Source: Salinisphaeraceae bacterium
GTDB taxonomy: Bacteria; Pseudomonadota; Gammaproteobacteria; Nevskiales; Salinisphaeraceae
NCBI GenBank assembly: GCA_035301185.1
Contig: DATGUT010000033.1
Span: 1 to 26,152 of the forward strand
Length of the DNA stretch: 26,152 nucleotides
Reading direction: 5' to 3'
The first letter of the stretch is position 1. Each line of letters begins with the position of its first letter. The notes beneath the pieces were generated by a model. It was not told the DNA's origin and did no database searches. It saw only the letters and a program-made list of their open reading frames with translations. The position numbers and the translations under genes are program-made. Positions 10,158 through 18,910 of the stretch are shown here, one piece after another.

Positions 10158-10472
10158 TCAGGACAATTGCTTGCTGGCGCGTTTGCGGAACACCCGCATT
10201 TCCTTGACTGCCTGGTTGTCGCCGCGGGCTTCGGCCACGGCTATGCCCTGGTCGAAGACTTCTACCGCGCGCGCCGGCTCGCCGCTGGCGGCCAGTGCCT
10301 GGCCATACAGTTTCCAAGCGGCGGAATAGTCTGGATCGTGCTCCACGGCCGCGGCCAGGTGTTCTGCCGCAGCCTGCGGCGCATCTTCCTGCAGCAGGAT
10401 TTCGCCCAGGGAAAAACGCAGCAGCGCGTTATCGCGCCCGGCGGCGAGCATGGCTTCAAGTTTTTCTTTCAT
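10158..10472 (-). CDS. Small tetratricopeptide-repeat protein (104 aa)
   Basis: DNALLRFSLG, AAEHLAAAVEHDPDYSAAWKLYG and GDNQAVKEMRVF pattern; ATG at 10472, 5 bp after the trkH stop. Confidence 0.85.
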   Translation of the reverse strand: MKEKLEAMLAAGRDNALLRFSLGEILLQEDAPQAAAEHLAAAVEHDPDYSAAWKLYGQALAASGEPARAVEVFDQGIAVAEARGDNQAVKEMRVFRKRASKQLS

Positions 10473-10477
10473 AGGTA

Positions 10478-11935
10478 TTACTGTCGCCAGAAGGTTGGCG
10501 TGAAAATAACAAGCAGGGTAAACATCTCCAGTCTGCCCATGATCATGGCCAGACTCAGAATCCATTTTGACAGAATCGGCAAGCCGGCAAAATCGGTGCT
10601 GGCCCGGGCCAGCCCCACGCCCATGTTATTGATGCAGGCGGCAACTGCGGAAAAAGCGCTGACTTCATCGACCCCATTCGCCAGCAGACAAAGAAACATG
10701 ATCACGAACACCGCGACGTAAACCGCAAAAAACCCCCAAACGGCCTGAATGATGCGATCCGGCACGGTTTTGCCGCCGAGTTTGATCGGGATTTTCGCGT
10801 TTGGATGCACCAGCCGATTGATTTCGCGCAGCCCCTGCTTGGCCAGCAGCAGGAAGCGCACCACCTTCATGCCGCCGGTGGTACTGCCGCCGCAGCCGCC
10901 GACAAAGCAGCCGAGCAGCAAAAACATGGGAATGAAGCTCGGCCAGCTGACATAATCCGCCACCGTCAGGCCGGTGGTCGTGCCAAACGAAATGGCCATG
11001 AAGACGGCCGCCAGCAGAGCCTGCGGAAGCTGCGTGTAGGTCGCCGAAAACAGCAGAATCAGGGCCACGAACAGGGATACGATGACGACCATGACGAGAT
11101 AGGCGCGCGCTTCCGGGTCGCGCACGTAAATGCTCGGATCGGCATGGCGCCAGGCGGTAAAGTGCAGGCCGAAATTAATGCTGCCCAGCAACATGGCGAA
11201 GATGGTGACCAGCTCGATGGCTTGCGAATTGAAATGGCCGATGGAAGCGTCGTAGTTGGCGAAACCGCCGGTGGCAATGGCGGAAAAGCCGTGGCTGACT
11301 GCATCAAACGGGCTCATGCCGGCGCTCCAGAACAACAGCACGCACAGCAGTGTCAGCGCCAGATAAATGTACCACAGGGCCTTGGCCGTTTCGCGAATGC
11401 GCGGCGTCAGCTTGGTGTCCTTGACCGGTCCCGGTGTTTCCGCGCGATACAACTGCATGCCGCCGATGCCGAGCATGGGCATGACCGCCACCGCGAGCAC
11501 GATGATGCCCATGCCGCCCATCCAGTGCAGCAGCTGGCGCCAGAACAGGATCGCGTGCGGCATGCCATCCAGCCCGCTCAACACGGTTGCGCCGGTGGCG
11601 GTGAGCCCGGACACAGCCTCGAACATGGCATCTGTAAGGGTCAGTTCTGGCGTTGTGGCAAGCAGCAGCGGCAGAGCGCCGAAACTGCTGAGCACGACCC
11701 AGAACAGCACCACGACCAGGAAGCCGTCGCGAATCTTGAGATCACGCCGAGTTTTGCGCACCGGCAGCCAGACCAGCGTACCCGCGGTCAGGGTAATGGC
11801 AAATGAGGCGGCGAATGTCTGCGCGCCGCCTTCACCATAAAACAATGCCAGCAGCAGCGGGATCAGCATGCTGGTCGAGAACAGCATGAGCAGGGCCCCC
11901 AGAATATGCTGGACGGTGGCAAACTGGTGCTTCAT
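10478..11935 (-). CDS. trkH: Trk potassium uptake membrane protein TrkH
   Basis: Multiple TM segments, pore-loop glycine motifs (TATG, TGGF, TTTG, NNMG), [27 protein letters not shown] 11935 preferred. Confidence 0.95.
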   Translation of the reverse strand: MKHQFATVQHILGALLMLFSTSMLIPLLLALFYGEGGAQTFAASFAITLTAGTLVWLPVRKTRRDLKIRDGFLVVVLFWVVLSSFGALPLLLATTPELTLTDAMFEAVSGLTATGATVLSGLDGMPHAILFWRQLLHWMGGMGIIVLAVAVMPMLGIGGMQLYRAETPGPVKDTKLTPRIRETAKALWYIYLALTLLCVLLFWSAGMSPFDAVSHGFSAIATGGFANYDASIGHFNSQAIELVTIFAMLLGSINFGLHFTAWRHADPSIYVRDPEARAYLVMVVIVSLFVALILLFSATYTQLPQALLAAVFMAISFGTTTGLTVADYVSWPSFIPMFLLLGCFVGGCGGSTTGGMKVVRFLLLAKQGLREINRLVHPNAKIPIKLGGKTVPDRIIQAVWGFFAVYVAVFVIMFLCLLANGVDEVSAFSAVAACINNMGVGLARASTDFAGLPILSKWILSLAMIMGRLEMFTLLVIFTPTFWRQ

Positions 11936-12030
11936 ATCGACATCCGGCGCCCCCAAGGCACGGCAACAAGCGATCGGGCGCTATGCGCATTGCCCGGCAT
12001 GGTGGCCGCAGCGCCAATGACCGTGCAATC

Positions 12031-13449
12031 CTACAGGAACGAGGGGCTGACCTGAAACAGGCGCTCCACGCGGCTGACATGGCGCTTTTCGGTGACGAAC
12101 AGAACCACATGGTCGCCGGATTCGATGACCGTGTCATGATGCGCGATCATGACCTTGTCGCCGCGCACAATGGCGCCGATCGTGGTTGTTGGTGCGGGCT
12201 TGTTGTCTTGGGTGCGATTGTGCTTGTCTTTGGGCAGGTCGATTTCATCGATGCGCCGGCCGACGATGCGCGAAGTGCTGCGCTCGCCGTGGGCGATGGC
12301 TTCGATCGCTTCGGCGGCGCCGCGGCGCAGCGTGTGCACGCGCGCTATGTCGCCGCGGCGCACGTGTGCCAGCACGGCGCTGACAGTCGCCTGCTGCGGT
12401 GAAATGGCAACGTCGATCTGGCTGGCATTGGATTCGATCAGGCTGGCATAAGAGGGCCGATTGATCAGCGCCATGGTCTTGCGCGCGCCGAGTTTCTTCG
12501 CCTGCATGGCCGACAGGATGTTGACCTCCTCATCGTTGGTCACGGCACAGAACACGTCCACATGATCGATGTTTTCCTCCAACAGCAGGCTTTCATCGGC
12601 GGCATCGCCATACAACACGGTGGTGCGATCAACCTGCTCCGACAGCGCCGTCGCGCGCTTGCTGTCGCCCTCGATGAGTTTGACCCGGCAGCGCTTTTCC
12701 AATTCTTGTGCGAGCCGGGTGCCGATATGACCGCCGCCGGCGATCATGATGCGCCTGGCGACCTTGTTCTTGCTTTGCAGCGCGCGCATGACGCGTTTGA
12801 TGTTGCTGGTGGCGGCGACGAAGAAGATCACGTCGTCCGTTTCGATGACTGTCGTGCCTTCCGGCACCATCGGTTTGCCGCGCCGATAAATGGCCACCAC
12901 CCGGGTTTCCAGGTGCGGCAAGACCTCGCCCAGGCTGCGCAATTCGCGCCCGACCAGAGGGCCGCTGTAATAGGCCTTGACGCCAACCACGCGGATGCGC
13001 CCGCCGGCGAAATCCACGACTTCCAGCGCACCGGGAAACTCGATCAGCCGGCGAATGTTGATGGTGACCAGCTCCTCGGGGCTGATGAACATGTCCACCG
13101 GGATTGCATCCAGGGCGAACAGCTGTTTTTCCCTGGTGTATTCCGTGGCCCGAATGCGCGCGATCTTGGTCGGCGTCTGGAACAGGGTGTAGGCCACTTG
13201 GCAGGCGATCATGTTGGTTTCGTCGGCATCGGTCACGGCGATGACCATGTCGGCATCACCGGCGCCGGCATCGTGCAGGGTCTGTGGATATGAAGCAAAA
13301 CCTTCGACCGTCTGCACATCGAGCCGATCCTGCAGTTCATGCAGCAGCGCCACATTGGTGTCGACAATGGTTATGTCGTTGTTTTCGCTGGCAAGGTTTT
13401 CGGCCAGCGTGGCACCCACGCGGCCCGCGCCGAGGATAATGATTTTCAT
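12031..13449 (-). CDS. trkA: Trk potassium uptake regulatory protein TrkA (two RCK units)
   Basis: [12 protein letters not shown] and second Rossmann motif IAGGGHIG; [11 protein letters not shown]; RCK_C domains. Confidence 0.96.
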   Translation of the reverse strand: MKIIILGAGRVGATLAENLASENNDITIVDTNVALLHELQDRLDVQTVEGFASYPQTLHDAGAGDADMVIAVTDADETNMIACQVAYTLFQTPTKIARIRATEYTREKQLFALDAIPVDMFISPEELVTINIRRLIEFPGALEVVDFAGGRIRVVGVKAYYSGPLVGRELRSLGEVLPHLETRVVAIYRRGKPMVPEGTTVIETDDVIFFVAATSNIKRVMRALQSKNKVARRIMIAGGGHIGTRLAQELEKRCRVKLIEGDSKRATALSEQVDRTTVLYGDAADESLLLEENIDHVDVFCAVTNDEEVNILSAMQAKKLGARKTMALINRPSYASLIESNASQIDVAISPQQATVSAVLAHVRRGDIARVHTLRRGAAEAIEAIAHGERSTSRIVGRRIDEIDLPKDKHNRTQDNKPAPTTTIGAIVRGDKVMIAHHDTVIESGDHVVLFVTEKRHVSRVERLFQVSPSFL

Positions 13450-13520
13450 GGCCTGGCCACATTAGAGCGCTGTCTGGCGCTATGCAACCATGGTCATATA
13501 CGCAACCCCGAAATTAAGCG

Positions 13521-13526
13521 TAGAAT
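13521..13526 (+). promoter_or_regulatory. Candidate -10 (TAGAAT) for hisI-hisE
   Basis: TAGAAT in the divergent trkA/hisI gap, the same hexamer as upstream of hisB; no clear -35. Confidence 0.3.
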
Positions 13527-13557
13527 GGCAGGTCAACACACGCAATCGAGACTGCGC

Positions 13558-13995
13558 ATGCCTGTCGCTGGGGATACTCCTGCAGCCGCTTCTGCCGCTA
13601 CCTGCCTGGACGCAGTGGCCTGGGATGAGCGCGGCTTGGCGCCAGCCATAGCCCAGGATGCCGGCAGTGGCCGCGTCTTGATGCTGGCTTGGATGAACCG
13701 CGACGCGCTGGCGGCGAGCATCGCCAGCGGTTTCGCCACTTATTGGTCGCGTTCGCGCGCCCAGCTCTGGCGCAAAGGCGAGAGTTCCGGCCACCGACAG
13801 CGCATCGTCGATATGCGCCTGGACTGCGATGGCGATACATTATTGCTGCAGGTGGAACAAATGGGTGGCATTGCCTGCCATACTGGACGTGCGTCCTGTT
13901 TTTATCGGGCGCTGGATGCAGCCGCAGGCGGCGATTGCTGGACAGTGCGCGACCCGGTGTTGAAAAATCCTGACGATATCTATTCCCATGAATGA
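13558..13995 (+). CDS. hisI: Phosphoribosyl-AMP cyclohydrolase
   Basis: [40 protein letters not shown]. Start uncertain (ATG 13525 or 13558). Confidence 0.93.
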   Translation: MPVAGDTPAAASAATCLDAVAWDERGLAPAIAQDAGSGRVLMLAWMNRDALAASIASGFATYWSRSRAQLWRKGESSGHRQRIVDMRLDCDGDTLLLQVEQMGGIACHTGRASCFYRALDAAAGGDCWTVRDPVLKNPDDIYSHE

Positions 13996-14335
13996 CTCCG
14001 GCATTATGATGCAGCTTGACCGCCTGCTGGCCGAACGCCGCCGCAGCGCGGATCCCGCCGCCAGTTATACGGCTTCCCTGTATGCGGCCGGCACGGCCGC
14101 AATCAATGCCAAAGTGGCGGAAGAGTCGGCGGAAGTGATCGAGGCGGCGCAGCAGGCCGATGGTGCCGGCGCGCAGGAACGCGCACATCTGGTGTACGAG
14201 GTCGCGGATCTGTGGTTTCATTGTATGGTGTTGTTGCAGGCGCATGATTTGAGCGTGGCCGATGTGCAGGCGGAATTGGCCCGGCGCTTCGGCATCTCTG
14301 GTTTGGCGGAAAAGGCGGCGCGGTCCGCGCGCTGA
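13988..14335 (+). CDS. hisE: Phosphoribosyl-ATP pyrophosphohydrolase
   Basis: [36 protein letters not shown]; 8-bp overlap with hisI. Confidence 0.95.
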   Translation: MNDSGIMMQLDRLLAERRRSADPAASYTASLYAAGTAAINAKVAEESAEVIEAAQQADGAGAQERAHLVYEVADLWFHCMVLLQAHDLSVADVQAELARRFGISGLAEKAARSAR

Positions 14336-14422
14336 CGATGATATCGGCTGTCCACCAAGAGAAATCCGCAGGCCGGAAACACAGAATGGCTGCTGTGCTC
14401 AGGGCATGCAGCACGATGATAT
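14335..14422. repeat. 10-bp direct repeat ACGATGATAT at 14335-14344 and 14413-14422
   Basis: Exact match read from the sequence in the hisE-tatA gap. Confidence 0.7.
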
Positions 14423-14444
14423 TCCTTGGATGTAGAGGTTAATT

Positions 14445-14714
14445 ATGGGACTTGGCGGAATTAGCATATGGCAGCTTTTGATCCTGCTGGCCATCGTGGT
14501 GATGGTATTTGGCACCAAGCGGCTGCGGAACCTGGGTGGTGATCTCGGCAGCGCGCTGAAGGATTTTCGCACGGCGATGAAGCAGGATGACGATGAATCC
14601 GGCGATGCGACACCGGAACAGTCCGGTACCCAGGAGTCGCGGGTGATCGACCAGGATCCGGCCGACAACACGGCGCAAACGGACAAGACGGCCTCCCACG
14701 ATCGCTCTTCCTAG
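14445..14714 (+). CDS. tatA: Twin-arginine translocase TatA
   Basis: [13 protein letters not shown]...[14 protein letters not shown]; GAGG RBS. Confidence 0.96.
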   Translation: MGLGGISIWQLLILLAIVVMVFGTKRLRNLGGDLGSALKDFRTAMKQDDDESGDATPEQSGTQESRVIDQDPADNTAQTDKTASHDRSS

Positions 14715-14720
14715 GCGACC

Positions 14721-15110
14721 ATGTTCGATATCGGCTTCTGGGAACTTACGCTTGTTGCCGTAATTGCCTTGATCGTGCTCGGACCGGAGCGTCTGCCGGG
14801 AGCTGCGCGCACGCTCGGCAAGTGGGTGGGGCGTGCGCGGCGCTACGCCAATACCTTGACCAGCGAACTGGAGCGCGAAGTCGATGTGCAGGGCTTCAAG
14901 CAGGAAATCAACCGTGCCCGCGACAACGTCGAAGCGAGTACCAGAGAAGCAGTCAAGGATCTGGATGATGTCGAAACCGGCACTCGCGATGTACTGGATG
15001 ACATCAACAGAGCGGCCGATAACATGGATGACGAGCAAACGTCGCCGCAGGTCGCCACAAATACGGATAACTCGGAAGCTTCTGCTGTAACGGAAAAATC
15101 GACTAAATGA
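14721..15110 (+). CDS. tatB: Twin-arginine translocase TatB
   Basis: MFDIGFWEL...LGPERLP. Confidence 0.95.
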   Translation: MFDIGFWELTLVAVIALIVLGPERLPGAARTLGKWVGRARRYANTLTSELEREVDVQGFKQEINRARDNVEASTREAVKDLDDVETGTRDVLDDINRAADNMDDEQTSPQVATNTDNSEASAVTEKSTK

Positions 15111-15895
15111 GTCACAAGCAAAACGCGCCGGAAGATCGCGAACAGCCGCTGATGGCGCATTTGCTGGAATTGCGCAGTCGGCTGTTGCGCGCCGTGGTGG
15201 GTATTTTGATCGTGTTCATCCCGGCTGCTTTTTATGCCTCCGAACTTTATACCTGGCTGTCAGGGCCGCTGCTTGCGCAACTGCCGGAGGGCGGCAGCCT
15301 GATCGCCACCGGCGTGGCCGCGCCGTTTCTGGCGCCATTCAAGCTGGCCATGCTCACCGCGGTCGTGATTTCGCTGCCATGGACGCTGTACCAGATCTGG
15401 GGCTTCATCACCCCCGGCCTGTATGCCCAGGAACGGCGCCTGATGACGCCGCTGCTCATCTCCAGCACTGCGCTGTTCTATCTTGGCATGGCGTTTGCCT
15501 ATTTCGTTGTGTTCCCGGTTGCGTTCAACTTTTTCGTCTCGTTCGCACCGGCCGGGGTCACCGTCGCCACCGACATCTCTTCGTATCTGGATTTCGTGCT
15601 CGGCATGTTCATCGCCTTCGGCGTTGCCTTCGAGCTGCCGATTGCCATTTATCTATTGGTCTGGGCAGGCATGGTCACTCCGCGCGCGCTACGCAGCTAC
15701 CGCGCCTACGTCCTGGTCGGCGCCTTTGCCGTCGGCATGCTGCTCACGCCGCCCGATGTCATCTCCCAGACTCTGCTCGCCGTGCCCATGTACCTGCTGT
15801 ATGAAATCGGCATTTTCGCCGCTGCCAAACTGGTTCCCGGCATGCGTGAGGTCGAAGCCCAGCAGGATGAACAACGCCAGCAAGGTGACGGCTGA
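15107..15895 (+). CDS. tatC: Twin-arginine translocase TatC
   Basis: PLMAHLLELRSRL, FITPGLYAQE, FELPI, LLTPPDVISQ; six TM segments. Confidence 0.97.
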   Translation: MSHKQNAPEDREQPLMAHLLELRSRLLRAVVGILIVFIPAAFYASELYTWLSGPLLAQLPEGGSLIATGVAAPFLAPFKLAMLTAVVISLPWTLYQIWGFITPGLYAQERRLMTPLLISSTALFYLGMAFAYFVVFPVAFNFFVSFAPAGVTVATDISSYLDFVLGMFIAFGVAFELPIAIYLLVWAGMVTPRALRSYRAYVLVGAFAVGMLLTPPDVISQTLLAVPMYLLYEIGIFAAAKLVPGMREVEAQQDEQRQQGDG

Positions 15896-15909
15896 GCGGG
15901 TGCTGCATT

Positions 15910-15943
15910 TGCGCAGGCCGCGCACGACGGCGCAGCCTGCGCA
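15910..15943. terminator. GC-rich hairpin between convergent tatC and the orphan gene
   Basis: 9-bp inverted repeat TGCGCAGGC / GCCTGCGCA; no clear U-tract, so it may not be a classical intrinsic terminator. Confidence 0.45.
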
Positions 15944-15954
15944 GGAATCAGCGG

Positions 15955-16638
15955 TTATTCCTCAACATCGTATTGCTTTTCCAGAGTCGTTTTTTGCCCA
16001 TCCGGAGCGGTCTGGATGACGGTCAGGAAAGCTCGCATGTCAAAGGCATCAGGTGTGTTAATTCCTCCCAAGGGAAGCATTGCCTCCCAGCTATTGTCCG
16101 TGGCCACTGTTTTGATCCACGGGCCGTAATGCGCTGACAGCAGCTCACTGTCTAGCGGATTGGTCGGCTTGCGCCACAGCCAGCCAATCGAAATCCACAC
16201 CCTGCTCTCCGGCGTGCCAACACCTTTGATTCTAAAACCCTCGCCGTCCGGTATTAGCACGGTGTCATGGCTGTTGGCCGGATGAGTGATGGCGAAATCG
16301 GGCGGCGTTGCTGCGGGAAGAGGCCTGCGGCGGCGGGCCTGCTCGCTAATTTCCGCTTGTTTCTCGCGGCTAACCGTTGGTAGATTCTGCCTGGCATCTA
16401 TGCTGGGCGATTTCGGTGCGCGGATGATCTCCGCCCCTCGTGGCGGCTTTATCTTGGCCGTCTTGTCAAGGAATTTTTTCTTTTTCATCTTCATTTCCCG
16501 CATGAAGTCTTCCTTTAGCTTTTCCTCCTGCTCCGCTTGCTGCTGCCTGTGTTTTATGGTCGTCTTGTCGGCGGCATTTGCCATCAGTGATGCAAACATC
16601 GCCAGCACAAGCGCAGCCATGAATATCCCTTTTCGCAT
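15955..16638 (-). CDS. Hypothetical secreted protein (227 aa), possible C-terminal Ig-like domain
   Basis: ATG 16638 gives MRKGIF + hydrophobic core + ANA-A signal peptidase site; a 60-nt line counted at 50% GC; a long open frame in lower-GC DNA is unlikely to be a shadow ORF. Confidence 0.75.
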   Translation of the reverse strand: MRKGIFMAALVLAMFASLMANAADKTTIKHRQQQAEQEEKLKEDFMREMKMKKKKFLDKTAKIKPPRGAEIIRAPKSPSIDARQNLPTVSREKQAEISEQARRRRPLPAATPPDFAITHPANSHDTVLIPDGEGFRIKGVGTPESRVWISIGWLWRKPTNPLDSELLSAHYGPWIKTVATDNSWEAMLPLGGINTPDAFDMRAFLTVIQTAPDGQKTTLEKQYDVEE

Positions 16639-16740
16639 CTCGTGTAACCTTCGCAGTGATAAAGTTCGACTATAACGTCGGCAGGCGGGCCTTCGCGCCG
16701 TCCATTTGAAGGGGGTGAGCAGGAAATCCCCGGCAAGCGG

Positions 16741-16750
16741 CAATATATTG
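16741..16750. promoter_or_regulatory. Perfect palindrome CAATATATTG, candidate operator
   Basis: 10-bp AT-rich palindrome 36 bp upstream of the crotonase start in a divergent intergenic region. Confidence 0.35.
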
Positions 16751-16786
16751 GCGGACAAGCAATTATTTCTACATTAGGAGCTGAAC

Positions 16787-17590
16787 ATGTCGCTACCCGC
16801 AACAACGCATCTACACATCGAGCGCGAGGCCAGCGTGCTGCATGTGACCCTGAATCGGCCCGAAGCGCGGAACGCGTTCAATACAGCCATGCTCGACGAC
16901 GTTGTGCGCTTATTTCAGGCTATTCGCGACGATCGCACGATCCGCACCGTGCTCATGCGCGGCGCCGGCGGCTTCTTCTCCGCCGGTGCCGATCTCAAGG
17001 AAGTCGCGCAGACACGCGCCAGTGACAACAAGCGCGAGGCCATGCTGCAATTCAATCGCCGCTTTGGCGCGCTGGTACGCCAGGTGGAAAGTGCACCGCA
17101 GGCCGTGGTCATGGTGGTCGAAGGTGCGGCGCTTGGCGGCGGTTTCGGGCTGGCCTGCGTATCCGACATCGCCATCATCCACGCCGATACCAAAATGGGC
17201 ATGCCGGAAACCCGACGCGGCCTGCCGCCGGCACAGATCGCGCCGTTCGTGGTCAATCGCATCGGCCTGACCGCGGCGCGCAAGATCGCCGTCTGCGGCG
17301 ACATGTTCGACGGCGCCGAAGCCGTGCGCCTCGGCGTTGGCCAGTATCTGGCGCGTAGCGATGCCGACCTCGAACAACATCTGGACGACGTGCTGCAGCG
17401 CATCCGCCGCAGCGCCCCCGGCGCACTTGCCGCCACCAAAGCCATCATGCAGCGCGTCGGCAAGATCGACATGGATCAGCTATTGGACGAAGCGGCCGAA
17501 GCATTCACCGACTGCGCACTCGGCGAAGAAGGCGCCGAAGGCACGCAGGCCTTCATCGACAAGCGCCCGCCCGCATGGGAGCAGCAATAG
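16787..17590 (+). CDS. Enoyl-CoA hydratase/crotonase, AtuE-like (isohexenylglutaconyl-CoA hydratase subgroup)
   Basis: TLNRPEARNA, FSAGADLK, GAALGGGFGLACVSD, MPET..GLPPAQIAPFVV.RIGLT.AR, which closely matches recalled Pseudomonas AtuE; strong AGGAG RBS. Confidence 0.85.
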   Translation: MSLPATTHLHIEREASVLHVTLNRPEARNAFNTAMLDDVVRLFQAIRDDRTIRTVLMRGAGGFFSAGADLKEVAQTRASDNKREAMLQFNRRFGALVRQVESAPQAVVMVVEGAALGGGFGLACVSDIAIIHADTKMGMPETRRGLPPAQIAPFVVNRIGLTAARKIAVCGDMFDGAEAVRLGVGQYLARSDADLEQHLDDVLQRIRRSAPGALAATKAIMQRVGKIDMDQLLDEAAEAFTDCALGEEGAEGTQAFIDKRPPAWEQQ

Positions 17591-17611
17591 CCGCCGCACA
17601 GGCGCCAAAAC

Positions 17612-17687
17612 TGGAGCGGCGAACCGGGATCGAACCGGCGACCTCAACCTTGGGAGGGTTGCGCTCTACCAACTGAGCTACCGCCGC
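17612..17687 (-). tRNA. tRNA-Gly (anticodon CCC)
   Basis: 76-nt cloverleaf: acceptor GCGGCGG/TCGCCGC, D-arm GCTC/GAGC, anticodon stem CAACC/GGTTG with loop CTCCCAA, T-loop TTCGATC, discriminator U and encoded CCA. Confidence 0.96.
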
Positions 17688-17700
17688 TCTCGGGCAATAA

Positions 17701-17709
17701 ATATTAGCA
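17701..17709 (-). promoter_or_regulatory. Extended -10 promoter (TGcTAATAT) for tRNA-Gly
   Basis: TGn-TAATAT on the minus strand ending 13 nt before the tRNA 5' end. Confidence 0.5.
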
Positions 17710-17931
17710 TCGTTGGTGTCGCTTATGCGACTGGTCGACCTATATCAAGTACAGGGATTGTCCAGTGGGTGTCTGATAATCAACAGCCTGCGCAGTGTGA
17801 TGGCGAGCGCAGCGGCAACAATTCTTGTACTGGCCGTTGCTGCGCCGAAGGGCGATGCTTTGCCAAGCTATTGCAAGCCTTAGTCGGCTCGTGCACGATT
17901 ACAAACTGTTTATTTGCAGGTGTTCAAGGGT

Positions 17932-18837
17932 ATGGCATACAACAGCGAGAGCAAACTCATAGATGGCAAGGCAGTTGCCGCGGGACTGCAGAACCAAGTA
18001 ACCCAGCAGGTGCATGCTTTGATTGCGGCGCATGGTATTACTCCTGGTCTTGCTGTGGTGCTGATTGGTGAAGATCCGGCCAGCCAAGTCTATGTGCGCA
18101 ACAAGCACCGGCGCTGTGTTGCCGCCGGCATGAACTCATATGAATACAATCGAGCGGCAGACATTTCACAGCAGGAGTTGTTGACGCTGATCGCGGAACT
18201 GAATGCCGATCCTCGCGTTCACGGCATATTGGTTCAATTGCCGTTGCCAGGGCATATTGATAGCGCCTCTGTGCTGGCCACCATAGACCCGAACAAGGAT
18301 GTCGACGGCTTCCACGAAATCAATACCGGGCGTCTTTGGAATGGCGGCGACGCCCTGGTTCCATGCACGCCCAAGGGTTGTATTGTATTGTTGCGACATG
18401 CGCTGGGCGATGATCTTTCCGGCTTGAATGCCGTCGTTCTGGGGCGCTCGAACATCGTTGGTAAACCCTTGGCCAATCTGCTGTTGCGCGAGAACTGTAC
18501 GGTAACCATTGCACATTCGAGAACGCGGGATCAGGCTGGGCTATGTCGCCAAGCGGATATTGTTGTCGCGGCCATTGGTCGACCGGGAACCGTACGCGAA
18601 GACTGGATCAAGCCTGGAGCAGCTGTAATTGATGTCGGCATCAATCGAATCGAGGACGACAGCGACGGAAAAACACGCTTGGTTGGTGATGTGGCCTTCG
18701 ATGAAGTGGCTCCCATAGCCGGCGCGATTACGCCGGTTCCTGGCGGTGTTGGCCCCATGACCATTGCCTGCCTGTTGGATAACACCCTCATCGCGGCTTG
18801 TCGGCAAAATGAAATTGCTGTCCCCTGCGCTTCCTGA
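17932..18837 (+). CDS. folD: Bifunctional methylene-THF dehydrogenase / methenyl-THF cyclohydrolase
   Basis: [61 protein letters not shown] 17932 with AAGGG RBS. Confidence 0.96.
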   Translation: MAYNSESKLIDGKAVAAGLQNQVTQQVHALIAAHGITPGLAVVLIGEDPASQVYVRNKHRRCVAAGMNSYEYNRAADISQQELLTLIAELNADPRVHGILVQLPLPGHIDSASVLATIDPNKDVDGFHEINTGRLWNGGDALVPCTPKGCIVLLRHALGDDLSGLNAVVLGRSNIVGKPLANLLLRENCTVTIAHSRTRDQAGLCRQADIVVAAIGRPGTVREDWIKPGAAVIDVGINRIEDDSDGKTRLVGDVAFDEVAPIAGAITPVPGGVGPMTIACLLDNTLIAACRQNEIAVPCAS

Positions 18838-18910
18838 GGTAAAAATACATCTGCTGCAGAATTGATGCTGCAATGAATTCGAAGAAAAATCCACCAACCT
18901 TGGCTGTACG

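Noticed and set aside
15955-16638. Orphan protein as a Tat substrate because it abuts tatC
   Set aside because: The leader is MRKG with no twin-arginine motif and the gene is convergent, not co-transcribed.
17715-17931. Possible ZTP or THF riboswitch upstream of folD (GCGACTGG, hairpins at 17718-17731 and 17807-17845)
   Set aside because: The ZTP 3' element (GCCGaCCGcCTGGGC) and the GTGG/CCAC stem are not present, and a weak TTGCAA-17-CACGAT promoter candidate (17871-17899) lies downstream of the hairpins. An Infernal scan would settle it.
18838-18910. 6S RNA (ssrS), often found upstream of ygfA
   Set aside because: Only about 70 bp are available and no long irregular hairpin is present.
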